NCBI GenBank assembly: GCA_050014195.1
Contig: JBEKDT010000017.1
Span: 34,038 to 98,037, forward strand
Length of the DNA stretch: 64,000 nt
From: Desulfomonilia bacterium
GTDB taxonomy: Bacteria; Desulfobacterota; Desulfomonilia; UBA1062
Direction of reading: 5' to 3'
A program made the position numbers and the translations under genes. The notes under the pieces were generated by a model that saw only the letters and a program-made list of their open reading frames with translations, did no database searches and was not told the DNA's origin. Below, piece after piece: positions 60,044-64,000 of this stretch (its first letter is position 1; every line of letters starts with the position of its first letter).

Positions 60044-61042
60044 TTACTCCTTGAAGCTTGCAGCGCCTTCCACTTCAAGCTCGAAACCCAGATCCTCTAT
60101 CATTCTCAAGGCCTCGTCCCGGGGCTGTCCCCCTTCGGTCAGATAACCGTTGACGAAGATTGAATTGACCAAGAACAGCGCCATTGGTTGGAGGCTGCGG
60201 AGATGTACCTCTCGGCCGCCGGCCATCCTGATATCGGCTGCAGGATGAAGGAGGCGCGCCAAGGCCAGAACCCGCAGGCAGCGTAGCGGCGTCAGGCATG
60301 GGTCCAACATCTGGAAAGGTGTGCCGGGAACAGGGATGAGAAAATTGATGGGGATCGACTCGGGGCTTATCTGCCGCAACGCCAGCAACATGTCGACGAT
60401 GTCTTCGTCGGTTTCGCCCTGGCCGATGATGCCGCCCGAGCATATCTCGAGCCCCGCTGCCCGGCAGACCTTCAGGTTATGTATGCGGTCGGACCAGGTA
60501 TGGGTCGTGCAGATCGAGGGATAGTGGCGTTCGCTGGTGTTGATATTGTGGTTGACACGGTCCAGTCCGGCCTCTTGCAGTCGTCGTGCCTGCTCCGGCG
60601 ACAGGAACCCCAGTGAGCAGCAGACGGAGATACCCGTACCGGCCTTAATTTCCCGGATTACCCCACACAGGGCATCCACCTCGGTATCATTGAGCGTGCG
60701 GCCGCTCAAGCCCATGCAGAAACGGTAGGCCTTGAGACGCCGGGCTTCCCTGGCCTCGGCGAGCAGTACATCACGGGTCTTGAGCGGATAGCGGGCGATC
60801 TCGGCCTTGGAGATTAAGGACTGTGAGCAGTAGTGGCAGTCTTCCGTGCAGATTCCGCTTTTGGCATTGCTCAGCACCTGAACCTGCACGCGATTGCCGT
60901 GGAAATGGTGGCGTACCCTCCAGGCCGCATCGAACAGGTCAAGAGAATCCCCATCGGAAGCGGCCAGGACAGCCAGGGCTTGTTTGCGGGATAGTATTTC
61001 GCCGGAAATGACGGATTGGGCTAAGAGAGCATATTCCATCAA
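60044..61042 (-). CDS. bioB: Biotin synthase (radical SAM)
   Basis: It has 'CTEDCHYCSQS' (CxxxCxxC) and 'YNHNINT'. Confidence 0.9.
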   Translation of the reverse strand: MMEYALLAQSVISGEILSRKQALAVLAASDGDSLDLFDAAWRVRHHFHGNRVQVQVLSNAKSGICTEDCHYCSQSLISKAEIARYPLKTRDVLLAEAREARRLKAYRFCMGLSGRTLNDTEVDALCGVIREIKAGTGISVCCSLGFLSPEQARRLQEAGLDRVNHNINTSERHYPSICTTHTWSDRIHNLKVCRAAGLEICSGGIIGQGETDEDIVDMLLALRQISPESIPINFLIPVPGTPFQMLDPCLTPLRCLRVLALARLLHPAADIRMAGGREVHLRSLQPMALFLVNSIFVNGYLTEGGQPRDEALRMIEDLGFELEVEGAASFKE

Positions 61043-61072
61043 ATGACATCCCTCATGGGAGAAACCTGCACA

Positions 61073-61996
61073 TCACGGCGGGCACTGGGCGCAGAAGGAA
61101 CGGAAGACCTCGGTTGAAAGGTAGCGGTCGCCCCGGTCCGGGAAGATGACCACAACGGTGGATCCGCGTTTAAGGTCGCGTGCGACCTGAAGCGCACCCC
61201 ACATGGCCGCACCCGAGCTGACCCCGCAGAACAGGCCTTCGTGGATGGAAAGGTCGCGGGTAGTCTCGAAGGCATCCTCGTCCGAGCAGATTATTTTGCT
61301 GTCCAACCGCGATGGATCGTAGATCTTGGGGACAATGGCCTCATTCATGTTCTTCAATCCCTGGATGCGATGGTCCAGCGTCGGTTCGACGCCGATGATC
61401 TTTATGGAAGGCCTCTTTTCCTTGAGGAACATGGAGCACCCCATGAGGGTGCCGGTTGTGCCCATGCCTGCCACAAAGGCATCGACCTCGCCCTTTGTCT
61501 GCTCAAAGATCTCGGGGCCCGTGGTCTTGTAGTGGGCCAGATAGTTGTGGGGGTTGTCGAACTGGTTTGGCATGAAGAAATGGCTGCCGTCGCATTCCAT
61601 GATATGGTGCGCCCGGTTGATGGCGCCGTCCGTTTTGTCGCAGCCGGGCGTCAACTCGAGGTCCGCTCCGAGGGCCTGGAGGACGGCCCTGCGCTCGGTG
61701 CTCACGCAGGTGGGCATGGTCAGCTTGATCTTGAATCCCATGGCCGCCGCCACCATGGCCATGCCGATGCCGGTATTGCCTGATGTGGGCTCCAGGATCA
61801 CCTTGCCCGGGGTCAGCTTTCCCGACTCCACGGCCTCCCTCAGCATGAAGAGCGCGGGCCGGTCTTTGACCGAGCCGCCCGGATTGGAGCCCTCCAGCTT
61901 GGCCATGATCCGCACGCCCGTCTTGGCGGAGTCCCAGATATTTTTTATCTCCACAAGAGGCGTATTCCCTATGGCATCCAGTACACTCATGAGCAT
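61073..61996 (-). CDS. cysK: Cysteine synthase (O-acetylserine sulfhydrylase)
   Basis: It has 'LDAIGNTPLVEI…KLEGSNPGGSVKDRPAL', the PLP-lysine motif. Confidence 0.85.
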   Translation of the reverse strand: MLMSVLDAIGNTPLVEIKNIWDSAKTGVRIMAKLEGSNPGGSVKDRPALFMLREAVESGKLTPGKVILEPTSGNTGIGMAMVAAAMGFKIKLTMPTCVSTERRAVLQALGADLELTPGCDKTDGAINRAHHIMECDGSHFFMPNQFDNPHNYLAHYKTTGPEIFEQTKGEVDAFVAGMGTTGTLMGCSMFLKEKRPSIKIIGVEPTLDHRIQGLKNMNEAIVPKIYDPSRLDSKIICSDEDAFETTRDLSIHEGLFCGVSSGAAMWGALQVARDLKRGSTVVVIFPDRGDRYLSTEVFRSFCAQCPP

Positions 61997-62117
61997 CTCT
62001 CCCTTTGAACCGTTTACTAATATCGAAGCACTCTGCCTTCACGTATGACTTTTTCCCATCACTTGCAAGTTTTTCCCTATCCTTAAATTTTTAGGAGGGC
62101 TGTCAGGGGCCCTTTCA

Positions 62118-62978
62118 TTACGCCGAAGTCCCGGTATAATGCCGCAATCCCAGGCGCCAGAAAACCCGTGAGATCACTGACAGGACCAAAGCCATGACGA
62201 TCGCGCCTGCCAGGGTGACCTCATTCATGCGGCCGGTCAGGGCCTCGGCGGGTACTGTCGTGACAAAGGCGACCGGCACGATGAAGGTAAGCGCGAAGCG
62301 CAGCCACCCCGGATACAGGCTCACCGGCCAGCGTCCTGCCTCGTACATGCTCTGGAAGATCATCAGGATATTTTCCACGCGCACAAACCAGAATGAGAGC
62401 GTGGCCAGGATCAGCCAGAAGCTATAGATGATGACCGTGCCTGCGAGCAGCATCACGGTGAATTCGCCAACCTGCTGCATCCCCACCTTCTCCCCCAACC
62501 GCAGAAGCGCCGTTACCAGAACAGCGAATCCCAGCATGATATCTATAAGCTTCCAGATTTCCACCTGCTGGATGCTGACGAGGAGTTGGGCGTCTTCCGG
62601 TTTGGTGAGTGTGAAATCGAGCGTCCCGGTTCTTACGGATGCAATGAGCTGCTCCATTCCCGGCTGTATCACAAAACCGATTATACCTCCGACAAGAATG
62701 TAAATCCCCACCAGTGCCAGCACCTCGTCGGGCCGCCAACCACCCAGCGTGCTGGTATGTGAGAAGATCACCGCCAGGCCGGCCACTGCCGTGGCCAATT
62801 CCAGGACGGACTGGAACAGTTGCACGAAAAAGTTGATTCGGTAGGCCAGTTCGCCCATGACGCTGACCCTGAAAAAAACAGCTAGGAGGCGGGGGTAGCT
62901 CATGCGCCCACCGCCGAATAGACATGCGTGCCCGCACGCCACACGATCCGGATCAATACCAGGCTTACACCCAGCCAT
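62118..62978 (-). CDS. ABC-2 family transporter permease
   Basis: It has 6 TM helices and pairs with the upstream permease and an ATPase. Confidence 0.55.
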   Translation of the reverse strand: MAGCKPGIDPDRVACGHACLFGGGRMSYPRLLAVFFRVSVMGELAYRINFFVQLFQSVLELATAVAGLAVIFSHTSTLGGWRPDEVLALVGIYILVGGIIGFVIQPGMEQLIASVRTGTLDFTLTKPEDAQLLVSIQQVEIWKLIDIMLGFAVLVTALLRLGEKVGMQQVGEFTVMLLAGTVIIYSFWLILATLSFWFVRVENILMIFQSMYEAGRWPVSLYPGWLRFALTFIVPVAFVTTVPAEALTGRMNEVTLAGAIVMALVLSVISRVFWRLGLRHYTGTSA

Positions 62979-63703
62979 ACAGCCTGGGCCATAAGGCCTG
63001 TCAGTGCATCGCCTAACGTAAGACGGCCGAGAAGGAGCTCAACCGGAAAGCCGATCATCCAGCGAAACGGCAGGACTGCGGCCGCCACCCGGATCGGATA
63101 GGGAAAAAGCGCAATCGGGGCGATCTGCCCGGAAAGGAACAGCACCAGGACAAAATAGATCTGGTTGATGGCGCTGGTGCGCGTGGTCCAGAAGGCGGAG
63201 AGCGCCAGCGTCCACTCCAGGAGGAACCGCAGTATGAAGGCAAGCAGCAACGCAGGGACAAATGCTGCGACAGCCCATAAAGCGGGTGTGGCGGCTGGTT
63301 TGAAGATTGCTGCCAGCCCGGCCGCAATGAGCAGCATGAAGGGAAGGGTGACCAGCTTTGCCGAGACATTGTCGGCAATGTCGGAGTGGATCGGATGCAC
63401 GGGCTTAAGCAGGGCGAACGACAGCCCCCCTTCCCGGATGCGGTATTCGTATTCATACATGATCCAGGTGTAGGTGAGGTGATTGACCAGCATAAGCACG
63501 ATGAAATAGGCTGCGAACCCCTGTGCGGTATAATCGCCGACACTGCCGCCCGCCCCATTCGAGACGACCGACCAGACAATGAGATAGACGAGTGGCTCCA
63601 GCACGTGCCCCATCATCCAGATGACGAGCGAGGCGCGGTACTGGAGCATCATGATGAAGGTGGTCTTAAACTGTTGGACATAGAGCTCCTTGAGCGCATT
63701 CAT
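62900..63703 (-). CDS. ABC-2 family transporter permease
   Basis: It has 6 TM helices and overlaps the ATPase gene stop. Confidence 0.55.
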   Translation of the reverse strand: MNALKELYVQQFKTTFIMMLQYRASLVIWMMGHVLEPLVYLIVWSVVSNGAGGSVGDYTAQGFAAYFIVLMLVNHLTYTWIMYEYEYRIREGGLSFALLKPVHPIHSDIADNVSAKLVTLPFMLLIAAGLAAIFKPAATPALWAVAAFVPALLLAFILRFLLEWTLALSAFWTTRTSAINQIYFVLVLFLSGQIAPIALFPYPIRVAAAVLPFRWMIGFPVELLLGRLTLGDALTGLMAQAVWLGVSLVLIRIVWRAGTHVYSAVGA

Positions 63704-64000
63704 AGGGGCTCCTGTGCAAAGACCCGCTCGATTACTTCCTCGATGGGCGGGTCCTCGACCAGCAGGTCGATCACGGGCAGATCGGCCAGCAGGCGCTCCG
63801 TGACATGGGCGGTCTCGGCCTTCGGGACGCGCAGCGTAACAAGGCCGTCGGAACAGGAGACCACCTCGCCGTAGACATTCAAGTCGTTATGGCAATTTCC
63901 CAATTGCACCACAATGGTTTTATGTGCGGTGAATTGCTGCACCAGATTCGAAAGGTCGCCGTCAAAGAGGAGCCTGCCGTGATGGATGACGACGACGCGG
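63700..64000 (-). CDS. ABC transporter ATP-binding protein, C-terminal part; the 5' end lies outside the window
   Basis: The frame stays open to the window edge ('…RVVVIHHGRLLFDGDLSNLVQQFTAHK…'), which is typical of an ABC ATPase C-terminal region. Confidence 0.55.
   Translation of the reverse strand, partial: RVVVIHHGRLLFDGDLSNLVQQFTAHKTIVVQLGNCHNDLNVYGEVVSCSDGLVTLRVPKAETAHVTERLLADLPVIDLLVEDPPIEEVIERVFAQEPL

Noticed and set aside
55033-63874. Dozens of overlapping 60-180-aa ORFs on both strands in the GC-rich block
   Set aside because: They overlap the strongly supported genes (FAD dehydrogenase, bioA/D/F/B, cysK, permeases) in other frames. They are composition artefacts.

Overview
This 64-kb window comes from a Gram-negative bacterial genome, probably an anaerobe. 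It has three blocks that differ in composition when judged by eye. Block 1 (about 1–30.6 kb) is AT-richer and looks like an exopolysaccharide or glycan biosynthesis island. It carries five GT1/GT4 glycosyltransferases, a Wzx-like flippase, an acyltransferase-3 protein, an O-antigen-ligase/Wzy-like protein, a polysaccharide deacetylase, a secreted beta-helix protein, WecB and Ugd. Embedded in it is an unusual amide/amino-acid decoration module: two asparagine-synthetase-like proteins lacking the Cys2 glutaminase nucleophile, a third PP-loop protein with a Cys cluster, a homologue of N5-(1-carboxyethyl)ornithine synthase (an opine-forming reductase), a CapK/PaaK-like adenylating enzyme, FemAB/CelD-like GNAT-fold proteins and a PEP-CTERM cargo protein. 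No exosortase gene is in the window. The island is interrupted by two different IS110-family transposase N-terminal remnants and a glycosyltransferase gene scar, and it ends at a tRNA-Phe gene. Block 2 (30.6–54.9 kb) is mostly housekeeping: plsC-like, LPS/Kdo kinase, uvrB, cysS, ispF, ispD, yacL (PIN/TRAM), carD and lgt. It also holds a class I (CyaA-type) adenylate cyclase homologue convergent with an orphan GAF histidine kinase, emrAB, an ADP-ribosylglycohydrolase, an ABC substrate-binding protein, an atypical ion-channel-like protein, an iron-sulfur flavoprotein and a tetR/FAD-oxidoreductase pair. Block 3 (54.9–64 kb) is visibly GC-richer and carries an FAD-binding dehydrogenase, the bioB-bioF-bioD-bioA operon, cysK and an ABC-2 transporter that is cut at the window edge. 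No CRISPR array or rRNA was seen. The ORF track uses TTG/GTG as starts, so several start coordinates have been refined.
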